Virus record (IMG/VR): IMGVR_UViG_3300000154_000005
Source of the DNA: an uncultured virus (IMG/VR IMGVR_UViG_3300000154_000005)
Taxonomy: Duplodnaviria; Heunggongvirae; Uroviricota; Caudoviricetes
Length of the DNA: 64,000 bases
Strand: one strand, 5' to 3'
Shown: in pieces, positions 39,485-49,141 of the stretch
Layout of the letters: each line of letters begins with the position of its first letter
Position numbering within the stretch: the first letter of the stretch is position 1
Notes under the pieces: generated by a model
What the model was told of the DNA's origin: nothing
The model's database searches: none
The model's input: only the letters and a program-made list of their open reading frames with translations
Made by a program: the position numbers and the translations under genes

Positions 39485-41401
39485 TTAGTTTTCGTTTATA
39501 AATACCATTAAACTATCAATGATGGTTTTGGTATATGATTTAGATTTATCATTTGGTAAATTATAGGTTCCAGTATTAAGCATTTGATTAACTAAGTCTG
39601 ATTTCAGATGTAACGCATCAGACTTTACAGTTCTAATCTCTTTAACTGCTTGTATAGCATCATGACCAAGTAGTGCGTCGAATTCCATATTGCCAATTCT
39701 AGATGCTTTACCAATACTACTTTTACCTTTAATAGTAGGGGTTTTGCTACTAGCACTATATTCTCCCCAGTCTCTAGCATTTAACTTACTTTCTGATAAC
39801 TGCATAAGTTTAAGTGTATATATTGGAGCATTGAAAATATCTTTATATATTACATCTTTAGTTGGTAATGCAATATCATTTTCTAATTGTAATTTTGTTC
39901 TCATATATGTAAGAAGTTCTTTGGATGCTGTTATATTATCATTAGGAGTAACATCAAACAACTCTTTAACAGTATCGTAAATTTCTTTAGTATCAAAATT
40001 AGTAAATCCTGGTACTTCAAAGTATAACCCACCAATCTCTACAGATCTAATAAATTTATCTAATAGTTGTTGATTGGTTTTAACAGTTTCTAGTAATTCT
40101 CTTATTTCAATACTATATTTAGTCGTACCAATAGCGTCTGATAATTTAGCAATATTTTCAAGAGGGGCGAAAACATCGCCATTCTTAATTTGTTCTTCTG
40201 CCTTTCGTATTGCTTTTCCTATGAGACCTTCTAGTAGTTGTCCTAAGTTCATTCTACTGAATACTGAGAGCGGACTAAGTATCATATCAATGGGGTTACC
40301 AGAATTATCCAATGGTCGTAACTCATCTGGTATTATTAAAGATACAACACCTTTATTTGCAAAGCGATTAGCGAATTTATCTCCTACTTCAGTTGCACTA
40401 TCTTTGATTAAATCAATCTCCAATACTGCAATTAAATCATTTGTCTTTATAGATGGTTTCAACATTATATAATGGTTACTGATTAGTTTCTTAGCATAAT
40501 CTTTTCCAAGTAATGAAGCAACATCCTGGTATATCTGTGCATTATTGATTTTATATTCAGAACATAACATATCTACTATTGTTTGTAGATTTGGATCTAA
40601 TGCTTTTATATTGGGATTAATTCTATGTGCCTTAATTCTAGATATTTTTGCATTGTTTAATTTTGATAGTATGTGTTGACTATTAAACTGGAAGTCATTA
40701 TCTCCAATCAAACTGAAATCTACTAAGTTTAATGATTGAAGAACTTGTTTTTTATTTGAACTTCTTGGAATGTATTCAGTTGATAATATTCGTTTATTTA
40801 TCTCTTGCCCAACTTCAGGTATGAATTGGTATTTACTATCTTTATATAGACTTTTTAATAATGTATGACTATATATAGGAATTGTTATCGTTTCTTTCTT
40901 TAGAGAGCGACAAAGATGACTTAGACTTTCACTGATAACCACGGCATCTTCATAGTTAAATCCCATCCAAGGCATGAAAGCAACATTCACATTATATCCG
41001 TAGCAGGGGGTATTTTCGATGAAATTATCATATTCGAAAAGTAAATCCCCTTTTTCAAATTCTCCTGGATCTCTTTTATATCTAAGTTTACTTCCAAAAC
41101 TAAAAGCAGTAGACATTACAGTTGGTATTTCAAATACTTCTATTTTAAGATCTGGTTTATTATCAAATACAACCACCATAATATCATCATTTGTATATAC
41201 AATATTTCCAGACACACCGGCTACTTTTTTAGACATAGCTGTACTATGAGATAAATATTTCCAATCATCTCCAATTACATATGGTCGGCGACAATTAACA
41301 TGTGTAACACATTGCCCTAGTTGTTTAGAAGACATCTGTAGTCTAGTTGAATCCGTTAATGATATTAATGGAATTGATGAAAGTGCAGATGATATAATCA
41401 T
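39485..41401 (-). CDS. rpoB: RNAP-2 beta C-terminal subunit
   Basis: DSTRLQMSSKQLGQ, GFNYEDAVVIS, GDKFANRFANKGVVS, SRMNLGQ, RIGNMEFDAL. Confidence 0.93.
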   Translation of the reverse strand: MIISSALSSIPLISLTDSTRLQMSSKQLGQCVTHVNCRRPYVIGDDWKYLSHSTAMSKKVAGVSGNIVYTNDDIMVVVFDNKPDLKIEVFEIPTVMSTAFSFGSKLRYKRDPGEFEKGDLLFEYDNFIENTPCYGYNVNVAFMPWMGFNYEDAVVISESLSHLCRSLKKETITIPIYSHTLLKSLYKDSKYQFIPEVGQEINKRILSTEYIPRSSNKKQVLQSLNLVDFSLIGDNDFQFNSQHILSKLNNAKISRIKAHRINPNIKALDPNLQTIVDMLCSEYKINNAQIYQDVASLLGKDYAKKLISNHYIMLKPSIKTNDLIAVLEIDLIKDSATEVGDKFANRFANKGVVSLIIPDELRPLDNSGNPIDMILSPLSVFSRMNLGQLLEGLIGKAIRKAEEQIKNGDVFAPLENIAKLSDAIGTTKYSIEIRELLETVKTNQQLLDKFIRSVEIGGLYFEVPGFTNFDTKEIYDTVKELFDVTPNDNITASKELLTYMRTKLQLENDIALPTKDVIYKDIFNAPIYTLKLMQLSESKLNARDWGEYSASSKTPTIKGKSSIGKASRIGNMEFDALLGHDAIQAVKEIRTVKSDALHLKSDLVNQMLNTGTYNLPNDKSKSYTKTIIDSLMVFINEN

Positions 41402-42481
41402 TTATTCTTCCTTATTTAAGTATTCCCATTTAAACCCGCCGGCTGTTTTAATTTTTTTTGTTAAACAATTCGTAATTGTTGATATATTTAGTTCTTTTTT
41501 AGCTTTAGTTTGTGAACACCATGTTTTAATTATTTTTCCAGTTTTTAAATCTATTTGATTAATAGGCTTATTTGTTGTTCTTCTAGATAATTTAACCGGG
41601 GTTTCTGTATCAAAACAAAAGCCAAACCCTCTGCTTGATTTTCTTTTATTATTACAAATATTTGATATATTAGATACTGGTATTTTTAAGATATCTTCTA
41701 TCTGGGTCATTGAATCCCATACTTTAATTACTTCTAATGTTTTTAAATTGTACTGCTTAATTTTTCTTATTTTATTATTACTATATATTATAGGGGAGTC
41801 ATTAATATGACACCATCCAAATCCACCGGCCGATTTAATTTGTCCATTGACACATGATGAAATATTAGTAATCTTTAAAAGATCTCTTGCTTCGATAATA
41901 GAATCCCATACTTTAATTACTTCTAATGTTTTTAAATCATACTGTTTAACTTTTGTTAAACATAAATTAGTATATATGGGTGGGGCATCATCAATAAAAC
42001 ACCACCCATATCCACCACATGATTTAAAGTCTTCTGGATTTCTACAACAAGCAGATATATTAACTCTGTTATTATTAGTTTCTATAGATGCTTCTGTTAT
42101 CGATTTAAATATTTTAATTATTTTACCGGTCTTTAAATCATATTGTTTAACTTGTTTTGTATTTGCACCAGAAGAACCTTCTCCACCAAGAGTCATATTA
42201 TATCCATTACTATCTTCAAAATTAACATAAGTACGGAATCTTAATATTTCATCTTGTTCTATCTCTAATAATTCTTTTTCCGTTACTAATCCTGTATAGT
42301 CATAAATTTTAAAGTCGAAATTATCTATACCATATTTACGAATGGCTCTATGGAAAATACAATCAGATCCATTATTAACATCTTCCATATGTCTTTGTTT
42401 CCGTTTTTCAACAGATCCGATTGTTTTCCCTATATATTGTTTGCCATTTATTCTATTTATAAATTTATATATAATTCTCAT
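41402..42481 (-). CDS. Free-standing GIY-YIG homing endonuclease with NUMOD1 repeats
   Basis: IIYKFINRINGKQYIGKT, GYNMTLGGEG, four VKQYDLKT..SITEA..SAGGFxW-type repeats. Confidence 0.9.
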   Translation of the reverse strand: MRIIYKFINRINGKQYIGKTIGSVEKRKQRHMEDVNNGSDCIFHRAIRKYGIDNFDFKIYDYTGLVTEKELLEIEQDEILRFRTYVNFEDSNGYNMTLGGEGSSGANTKQVKQYDLKTGKIIKIFKSITEASIETNNNRVNISACCRNPEDFKSCGGYGWCFIDDAPPIYTNLCLTKVKQYDLKTLEVIKVWDSIIEARDLLKITNISSCVNGQIKSAGGFGWCHINDSPIIYSNNKIRKIKQYNLKTLEVIKVWDSMTQIEDILKIPVSNISNICNNKRKSSRGFGFCFDTETPVKLSRRTTNKPINQIDLKTGKIIKTWCSQTKAKKELNISTITNCLTKKIKTAGGFKWEYLNKEE

Positions 42482-42528
42482 TTTTTGTTATCTAATCAAT
42501 ACCTTTATAAAAATTACAATCAATTCCA

Positions 42529-42837
42529 CTAACGAATAACAATATCATCAATAACATCAGTCTTTTTCTCATTACTCTTCTCCTGTTGAGCATCATAGTA
42601 TCTGCAATTAATCATAGACATTCCTGAAATTTTATATCCATGATTATTATGGCTTATATATCCATATACTACTTCGTAACAATTCCCAGTATTAGTTTTT
42701 ATTATCATGTTTTTATCCATCCTAAAAATCGGGAGATCTTCTTTCTCTAATTCTAATTCATCATCATGATTAACATTTACACTACAACTACATGCAGGAA
42801 TAAATAATACTAATACTAAATATATCCATTTTTTCAT
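42529..42837 (-). CDS. Putative lipoprotein or secreted protein
   Basis: MKKWIYLVLVLFIPACSC signal-peptide-like N-terminus. Confidence 0.5.
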   Translation of the reverse strand: MKKWIYLVLVLFIPACSCSVNVNHDDELELEKEDLPIFRMDKNMIIKTNTGNCYEVVYGYISHNNHGYKISGMSMINCRYYDAQQEKSNEKKTDVIDDIVIR

Positions 42838-43958
42838 TGGAATATTCCAAATTTAAGATTGATATTTTGGTTAGGTACTAATGATACAACTTGCCCAGGA
42901 GCGGCATTACTAATAGTCACTGGACATACTCTACCTTTATGCGACTTATGAATATTAGATACTTCCGCTGGAAGTTCACTTTTACCCCCTGGATTTTTAA
43001 ATGATGCTTTCATAGCAAGTAGACTACTAAATCCATTAGTGGTGTCATAGAAGAAATTTCTACCTAGTCCTGTTTTACTAAAGAAGTGATTTGTGATAGC
43101 ACCAACTTCAATGTTAATGTTCTTCGGCTGAGTCCCTGCAACTAGACCATTAACAGCTTTAGATACTGCTTCAAATAATGGCTTCATCAACCACTCAATA
43201 AATACAATTCTTTTATGATCTAAGTCAATAAAAGAATTTCTTTTAACTTTACGTTTGATAATTAAGTCAAGTATATTTTTTATTGATGGATTCTCTAATT
43301 TATAACAAGTCTGGTATAGTTCACGAGTCCAATTATCAAAGAATAAATCATCGATTCTAGTAGTAATATCAGTTAAATTATCAGAGGTACCAATAATACT
43401 TGCAATATTTCTACGAACAGTGTCGAAATCTTCTTCTATGTATCCAGTATTAAATGTATCACTAACTATATCTCGTACTTCCGCATCTGGATAGTATAGT
43501 CTTAAGAATCTAGAAACTGGAATATTCGATCCCAGGAAGATAATACGACCATCTTTAGAATAGATTGTTAGTGGTTTAAATAATGATTCAACTTTATATG
43601 AATTTTTCTTGATTGTAATTGGAAAGTCTGCAACATAAAATGCTGGCACATAGAAACAACCATTCATCTTAAAGAATGTATCATGTAATAGTGTTGGAAT
43701 TGTAATATGTAGAAATGGAGTAGGATCTGTTTTTTGTAAGTAAATTTTTACAACTTTAACAGAATAATGATTCTGACTATAATATGCATAATCATCTATA
43801 ATATCATATTTTATTTGGCTTCTATCGAATTTGAATCCCATAGTTTCCATATACTGAAAGCATATATTAAAGAAATCAGGAATTAATTCATATTGGTATT
43901 TTCTATATCCTAATATATTTGATTCACTATTATCTACTTCTCTTTTAAGAAGATTCAT
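42834..43958 (-). CDS. rpoB: RNAP-2 beta N-terminal subunit
   Basis: IPTL..FFKMNG, DLDHKRI, IHKSHKGRVCPV resembles beta VHPTHYGRVCPIETP. Confidence 0.8.
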   Translation of the reverse strand: MNLLKREVDNSESNILGYRKYQYELIPDFFNICFQYMETMGFKFDRSQIKYDIIDDYAYYSQNHYSVKVVKIYLQKTDPTPFLHITIPTLLHDTFFKMNGCFYVPAFYVADFPITIKKNSYKVESLFKPLTIYSKDGRIIFLGSNIPVSRFLRLYYPDAEVRDIVSDTFNTGYIEEDFDTVRRNIASIIGTSDNLTDITTRIDDLFFDNWTRELYQTCYKLENPSIKNILDLIIKRKVKRNSFIDLDHKRIVFIEWLMKPLFEAVSKAVNGLVAGTQPKNINIEVGAITNHFFSKTGLGRNFFYDTTNGFSSLLAMKASFKNPGGKSELPAEVSNIHKSHKGRVCPVTISNAAPGQVVSLVPNQNINLKFGIFQ

Positions 43959-44143
43959 TCATCCCTCATTGAAGTATAAAATTCGCATAATCCATTCCAT
44001 TTAACAATAGGAGTTGTAGGTGGTTCTACAACACACACATAATCAAGAGTCATTGCTAGCATATAATTATTACAATTACTACAACAATTCGAAAGTTCAA
44101 TATCTATGATTCTATAAGAATCTAACCTTTTATTTTTCATCAT
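43955..44143 (-). CDS. Small Cys-rich hypothetical protein
   Basis: CSNC..C..C pattern like 4551-4772. Confidence 0.5.
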   Translation of the reverse strand: MMKNKRLDSYRIIDIELSNCCSNCNNYMLAMTLDYVCVVEPPTTPIVKWNGLCEFYTSMRDE

Positions 44144-44414
44144 CTTCCCTTTGACAAGCTTCTATAAATCCAAGATCCATACTGACTAAATTTACTCTCT
44201 GTGGTCCAAATTCCCAACACATATACCCAAACCACTTATATGAGGGAGCGTTTTTAACAGTATTCCATTTCATTTTTAATATTACAGGGTCTTTATAATT
44301 AGTTAAGTATATATCCTCTAATATTTCTATATTGGGTTTAGAGACACCTAAATAATATAAGATAAAATTTCGGGTAGCCCTCATTTGAGGCCTATATGTT
44401 CTAGTTCTCATCAT
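44130..44414 (-). CDS. Hypothetical protein, paralog of 44411-44698
   Basis: RNFIL..GV..IE.L.DIY..LKMKWNT shared. Confidence 0.6.
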   Translation of the reverse strand: MMRTRTYRPQMRATRNFILYYLGVSKPNIEILEDIYLTNYKDPVILKMKWNTVKNAPSYKWFGYMCWEFGPQRVNLVSMDLGFIEACQREDDEK

Positions 44415-44698
44415 ATGGGTCCAGACAGTATCATAGGCATTATGCCTGGTGAATCACTAATAGAGTTATACCAATCATAACTTATTCGAGGTTTAATAGT
44501 ATTCCACTTCATTTTTAGAAGGTCTAGATCATACTCTGTTCGATATATATCTTGCAGTACTTCAATATCTTCAGAATTAACTCCACAACAACGAAGTATG
44601 AAATTCCGACATCTTTTTTGTGTAAGTGTTGTATATCTCATTGGCATTATACTAGATTTATCTACCTCTGTTACATATACACCTGGAGTAATTTCCAT
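44411..44698 (-). CDS. Hypothetical protein with a tail-sheath-like N-terminal peptide
   Basis: Starts MEITPGVYVTEVDKS; rest is paralogous to 44130-44414. Confidence 0.55.
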   Translation of the reverse strand: MEITPGVYVTEVDKSSIMPMRYTTLTQKRCRNFILRCCGVNSEDIEVLQDIYRTEYDLDLLKMKWNTIKPRISYDWYNSISDSPGIMPMILSGPI

Positions 44699-44809
44699 TA
44701 GTAAAAATTACACCCAGTTACTTTCTTATACCAAGTTAAACTTACTTTTGGTTTAATTGTTAGCCATTTTATCGAACTCTTAAATATATTTGGATTAATA
44801 TACGTTTTA

Positions 44810-45442
44810 TTAACCACACTTCCCATCACCACACTCCAGACAAGTATCACAATTATCCATTCGGACAACGGCAATCTTCAGACAAACTAAACACTGACTG
44901 GCATTTGCAATTATTCCAGGAGTGTTTAATGCCTGCTTCCGTTTTTCTTGTACATATTCAGGCAATTCTTCTGGTTTTGGCACACATCCGATTTTTTCTA
45001 AATGGATTTCAAGAACATCTCCAAATTCAGCAATAATAGATGGTACTCTCCTACCTTGTTTTAAGTATCCCCCACCAGGACTAAATACAGCCTGTAATTC
45101 TTCAACTAGAAAAGTAGCACCATCTTTAAAATGAAGAGAATTTCTAAATACACTTGAAATAACCCGTGTTAGTGCGACTACGTATTCCTGAGCCGACATT
45201 TGTTTTGAGTTAATAAATATTTCAAATGGATAAAGTTTGCCTTCAATCTCGATATTATTAATTGTAATATAATGAGCATGTTCAGTTAAAGGGGTTTTAA
45301 GTTTATAAGTACTACCATCTAAACAATCAGGTCTCTCAATAATTGTAAGTTGATTAGTACTTTCGGGTTTTACTATAATTGAAGGATTATCATTTTTTAA
45401 CAACTCTGACGATACAATTTTACTGGATAGTGATAATGTCAA
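44810..45442 (-). CDS. nrdJb: Class II RNR C-terminal subunit (NrdJb, TSCPD-like domain plus Zn ribbon)
   Basis: ERPDCLDGSTYKLKTP, YITIN, PFEIFINSK, ALTRVISSVFR, C-terminal CxxC..CDTCLECGDGKCG. Confidence 0.85.
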   Translation of the reverse strand: MTLSLSSKIVSSELLKNDNPSIIVKPESTNQLTIIERPDCLDGSTYKLKTPLTEHAHYITINNIEIEGKLYPFEIFINSKQMSAQEYVVALTRVISSVFRNSLHFKDGATFLVEELQAVFSPGGGYLKQGRRVPSIIAEFGDVLEIHLEKIGCVPKPEELPEYVQEKRKQALNTPGIIANASQCLVCLKIAVVRMDNCDTCLECGDGKCG

Positions 45443-45738
45443 TCTCTTCTCCCTAATTCTGGTATTTTATAAACTGGAATTTTATATGTATTACATTTAC
45501 ATGTCGGACAAGTTGTAAGAGGTTCATTCGAATCTTTTACTAATTCTAATTCAACAGTACCAGGACAAACTCCAGTATCTTCATCGATGCCATTAGTCTC
45601 ATCGATTGCATTCCACCAGACTGCTTTTTTACCACATACTCCACATTTCCAACTATTAAGATTTGGAGCCATATAACAATCAAATGCTTCATGATGTCCA
45701 TTTTCACATAGAATTTCTTCAGTACCTTCGTAACTCAT
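45439..45738 (-). CDS. Zn-ribbon hypothetical protein
   Basis: CENGH, CGVC, CPTC. Confidence 0.55.
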   Translation of the reverse strand: MSYEGTEEILCENGHHEAFDCYMAPNLNSWKCGVCGKKAVWWNAIDETNGIDEDTGVCPGTVELELVKDSNEPLTTCPTCKCNTYKIPVYKIPELGRRD

Positions 45739-45995
45739 GATAATTCCTTTATATCTTTTAGAATGAGTTTTTTGATTTTATTCTTCTTAATATGTGAATA
45801 TAAAAGTGTTAACATATCTTTTTTATCTTTATTTCGACATTCACGAGTAATAAGAGTCAACATATCATATTTCTTTTTATCTTTTTTTGCAAATAATATA
45901 ATATTAATATATGCTTTTTTTTCTTGTTCAGTTAATATATTGGGAAGTGCATATTCAGTGTTTATATAAAAAACTGGTCCATTTGGGTGAGTCAT
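45735..45995 (-). CDS. Hypothetical protein
   Basis: AAGGA ribosome binding site; ATGA coupling. Confidence 0.55.
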   Translation of the reverse strand: MTHPNGPVFYINTEYALPNILTEQEKKAYINIILFAKKDKKKYDMLTLITRECRNKDKKDMLTLLYSHIKKNKIKKLILKDIKELS

Positions 45996-46096
45996 ATTAT
46001 TCCTTTTAGAGTCATTGTAAAAATAAAAATAATACTAGCCTTAGAGTTTTGAAGTCTAAGACTAGTGTTAATAATGATTACAACATTGGTAATTTA

Positions 46097-46174
46097 TGGT
46101 ACTCCAGGCCGGACTCGAACCGTATGCACTCGGCCCGTTATGAGCGGGCGGCTTTACCTTTAAGCTACTGGAGT
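46097..46174 (-). tRNA. tRNA with CAU anticodon (Ile2 or Met), atypical T-arm
   Basis: ACTCCAG/CTGGAGT acceptor stem; CTCATAA loop; CCA end; promoter motif directly upstream. Confidence 0.85.
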
Positions 46175-46210
46175 AAAAATTATAATATCTATATTAGATC
46201 TTTTAAAACG

Positions 46211-46459
46211 TTAATCTTCGCCAGCATATCTTGAATGCTTCTTCACCGCTGTCCGACTTGGTTTTTCTGTTGGAGTATCGCTTTTAGTAATAGCCCTAAA
46301 CATTCTATTGCTATACACTACTGCTCCAATTAATAAATCCCTTTTCATATTACATAATTTGCAACTTGGGCATAGTTGTGGTTTATCTCTATCTGCTATT
46401 TTAGCTGCAATTTCTTCTTCGTAATTACAACCTTCACATTTAAATCCATAAAGTGGCAT
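46211..46459 (-). CDS. FmdB-family zinc-ribbon protein
   Basis: MPLYGFKCEGC...CPSC. Confidence 0.8.
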   Translation of the reverse strand: MPLYGFKCEGCNYEEEIAAKIADRDKPQLCPSCKLCNMKRDLLIGAVVYSNRMFRAITKSDTPTEKPSRTAVKKHSRYAGED

Positions 46460-46768
46460 TTAATTTAACTCCAATAATTGTTTAGTAATTTTATTCTTAT
46501 ATTTAGATGATTCAATATGAGGAGATACCCCTTTAATAACAAGTATTTTATCTGCATTATTATGGATTCTATAAATAACTTCTGTTAATATACCATATAT
46601 CATACTATCTCCAGTTCCATATAAACAATTATCAATAGATTCACGTATTTCCCGGACAGACATTCTTTGTATCATAGCTTTATATATTCCATTATTTCGC
46701 CCAGACGGGGTACTATAAATTAATATTCTACCATTCGCTTGTACTTTAAAACCGCCTATTTCTAACAT
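46460..46768 (-). CDS. Hypothetical protein
   Basis: Ends KNKITKQLLELN, tail shared with the neighbour. Confidence 0.55.
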   Translation of the reverse strand: MLEIGGFKVQANGRILIYSTPSGRNNGIYKAMIQRMSVREIRESIDNCLYGTGDSMIYGILTEVIYRIHNNADKILVIKGVSPHIESSKYKNKITKQLLELN

Positions 46769-47089
46769 TTAATTTAACTCCAATAATTCTCTAGTTATTT
46801 CATTTTTAAAATTAGACTCGGATTCAGTTTCTAGTAATACTGTTAATATCTGTTTTTTTATAACTTGATCCAATACTGGGCCATTTCTCTTTAATGATTT
46901 ATACATAGGATAACCATTAATATCAATCATTGAACATATTAATCCAATACCAACAAGATGAGTATTTGGAATATATATTGTTTTCCCTTTAATTTCTAAA
47001 GTATAATCATTATTTTCAGAAGTACCTTCGACCGAAGCCGAAGGCATTTCATCAAGGCTCAATAGATCAGAATGATCACATTTTGCCAT
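46769..47089 (-). CDS. Hypothetical protein
   Basis: Ends KNEITRELLELN. Confidence 0.55.
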   Translation of the reverse strand: MAKCDHSDLLSLDEMPSASVEGTSENNDYTLEIKGKTIYIPNTHLVGIGLICSMIDINGYPMYKSLKRNGPVLDQVIKKQILTVLLETESESNFKNEITRELLELN

Positions 47090-48281
47090 ACAACCCTTCT
47101 TTTAGTGACTCGTGAAGATTTGCAACATTATGCATTTGTCCATCATATTCAATTTCTTCATCACCAGATAATTCAACAGTTGAACCATCTTCAAGATTAA
47201 ATCTATATTTCTGCTTTGCTAATTCATCTTTCTTTACTAATACGCCTACTTGACCACCGTCAGGATTATGTCTATATGCTGCTAATCCTTTAAGTCCTTG
47301 TTCGTAAGCATACATATATAAATCTTGAAATTTCTCATATGGATAATCAGTAGGGATATTTACAGTTTTACTGATACTTGAATCAATCCATCGTTGAGCT
47401 GCGGCTTGCATATCAATATGTTCTTTTGGAGAAACATCATGCGCAGCTACAAAGTAATCAGGTAATCCATTAGCAATAATATCTTCAATCTTATTATCTA
47501 CTACTGTATGGGGGTTATCAGTATTATCTAGAAATTCTTTATATTTTAGAATTTCATAACTATAAACATCTACCATATCTTTAGTATTTTTACCTTCTTT
47601 AATAATATTACGTTGATAATAATGACTAAATGATGGTTCAATTCCATTACTGCAATTATTAAAGAAACTTAAACTAATAGTACCTGTTGGTGCAATACTA
47701 GTAGCATGACTAAATCTACAACCATATGCTCCAATATCATCTACTAACTGTTTTGGAAAATCTTTAAAATACTTCGAAGATGCCATAAGCCAACTACCTT
47801 TAACTTCCCCTTCTTTTGGAGAACTTAAACTAATATAGTCAGAATCCATACCAGCTTCTTCTAAACGATTTTCAATTTCAAAATTAATTGGAAATGTTTC
47901 AAGTAAAATAGGAGCAGCACCTTTTTCTTTTGCTAATTCAACACCAGTTTCATAACTTTGAATTGCCATAATCTTAGTTATTTTTTCTGTGAATTTAATA
48001 GCAGTTGGTGAGCCATATTTAGTTTTTAACATACATAGTGTACTTCCAAGTCCAGCAATACCCAGACCATGTCTGCGTTTTCTATATAGTTCTTTCTGTT
48101 GCTCATCTAATGGGAGTCCATTAATTTCAACAACATTATCTAAGAATCTTGTAGCAATAGCGATGACTTTCTTAAACTTTTCACTATCAAATTGCGGATT
48201 AATACTAAATGGGTTATTAACAAAATGAGTTAAATTAATAGAGCCAAGTAAGCATGCTCCATGGGCGGGTAAACCTTGTTC
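47076..48281 (-). CDS. nrdJ: Class II (B12-dependent) ribonucleotide reductase NrdJa, exon 2
   Basis: EQGLP..ACLLGSINL, RRHGLG, SIAPTGTIS, DSSISKTVN. Confidence 0.93.
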   Translation of the reverse strand, partial: EQGLPAHGACLLGSINLTHFVNNPFSINPQFDSEKFKKVIAIATRFLDNVVEINGLPLDEQQKELYRKRRHGLGIAGLGSTLCMLKTKYGSPTAIKFTEKITKIMAIQSYETGVELAKEKGAAPILLETFPINFEIENRLEEAGMDSDYISLSSPKEGEVKGSWLMASSKYFKDFPKQLVDDIGAYGCRFSHATSIAPTGTISLSFFNNCSNGIEPSFSHYYQRNIIKEGKNTKDMVDVYSYEILKYKEFLDNTDNPHTVVDNKIEDIIANGLPDYFVAAHDVSPKEHIDMQAAAQRWIDSSISKTVNIPTDYPYEKFQDLYMYAYEQGLKGLAAYRHNPDGGQVGVLVKKDELAKQKYRFNLEDGSTVELSGDEEIEYDGQMHNVANLHESLKEGLYGKM

Positions 48282-49141
48282 CAAAATGTTAACTTCTTAT
48301 TTCTAAGAAGATCGGACTATATCATCAATATGTGAATATTCTATCACATAATGTTCTGCATTCGGTAATGACATATCAACATATAATTTCGTTTTATAAT
48401 ATAGACGAGTCTTGTATTTGAAATCATCCAATATATAAGGATACACCAAAGACATAAATCTTTGTAAATGTGGTCCCATAAAACGAACTCTGTATCCATG
48501 TCCCCATGGTACTTTTATAAGTGTTGAATGGATATTAAATAAATTTAAACGATTAACTAATAATTCTAATTCTGGAATTGTAAAACTCTCTAAACAGAGA
48601 ATACCATTATTTTGAATAGTATTTTTTACTCTGTTTTTTGTATGTTTCAACGTACCATCTCCCATCCATATATGGGCAAATGCTTGCGCATCTAATCTAT
48701 TACAGATGTATGGAGTAAGTGTTTTTTTCCCATTTGGGTAAAAGATCTTGCGTAGTTTTCGAAAATAAGGATGTTTATTTGTATTGTTTAATTGATGCCC
48801 AGTAGTACTGTAATTTTTATAAAATCGTTTAGTAATACTTGAATTCACACCAGTTATTTGATCCAATACACTCTTTGTATAATCAACATATTCTTTTGAT
48901 TTATTTCCAAACCCAAATCTTTGTTCTTTTATAATATACCCATCAGATACTAAAATACCTAAAATTATTTTTTTAATCTGTTTTGATGTTAGTATTTCCA
49001 TTGGAATTACTTTCCTTTAAATTGATGTCATTACCTGTAGTCTCTGAACCTTCCTACTATTAATTAGGTTTGGCTGCTGATTACCAGTTAAGGCTTCCAG
49101 CAATTAACAGAATTTTTTAACGTGAGGCAAACAATTTACCT
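48282..49141 (-). mobile_element. Group I intron in nrdJa
   Basis: P1 GGU|..GCC; conserved AATTGCTGGAA, AATCAGCAG, TTCAGAGACTAC and GATATAGTCC segments; terminal G; splicing restores NPCG|EQ. Confidence 0.93.
48303..49001 (-). CDS. Intron-encoded LAGLIDADG homing endonuclease
   Basis: Two motifs: ILGILVSDG and FAHIWMGDG. Confidence 0.88.
   Translation of the reverse strand: MEILTSKQIKKIILGILVSDGYIIKEQRFGFGNKSKEYVDYTKSVLDQITGVNSSITKRFYKNYSTTGHQLNNTNKHPYFRKLRKIFYPNGKKTLTPYICNRLDAQAFAHIWMGDGTLKHTKNRVKNTIQNNGILCLESFTIPELELLVNRLNLFNIHSTLIKVPWGHGYRVRFMGPHLQRFMSLVYPYILDDFKYKTRLYYKTKLYVDMSLPNAEHYVIEYSHIDDIVRSS

Noticed and set aside
41402..42837. Intron between the two RNAP-2 beta parts
   Set aside because: No group I core segments; the endonuclease stop directly abuts the beta-C ATG and an unrelated ORF also intervenes, so these are separate genes
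46049..46234. Plus-strand ORF
   Set aside because: Antisense to the CAU tRNA
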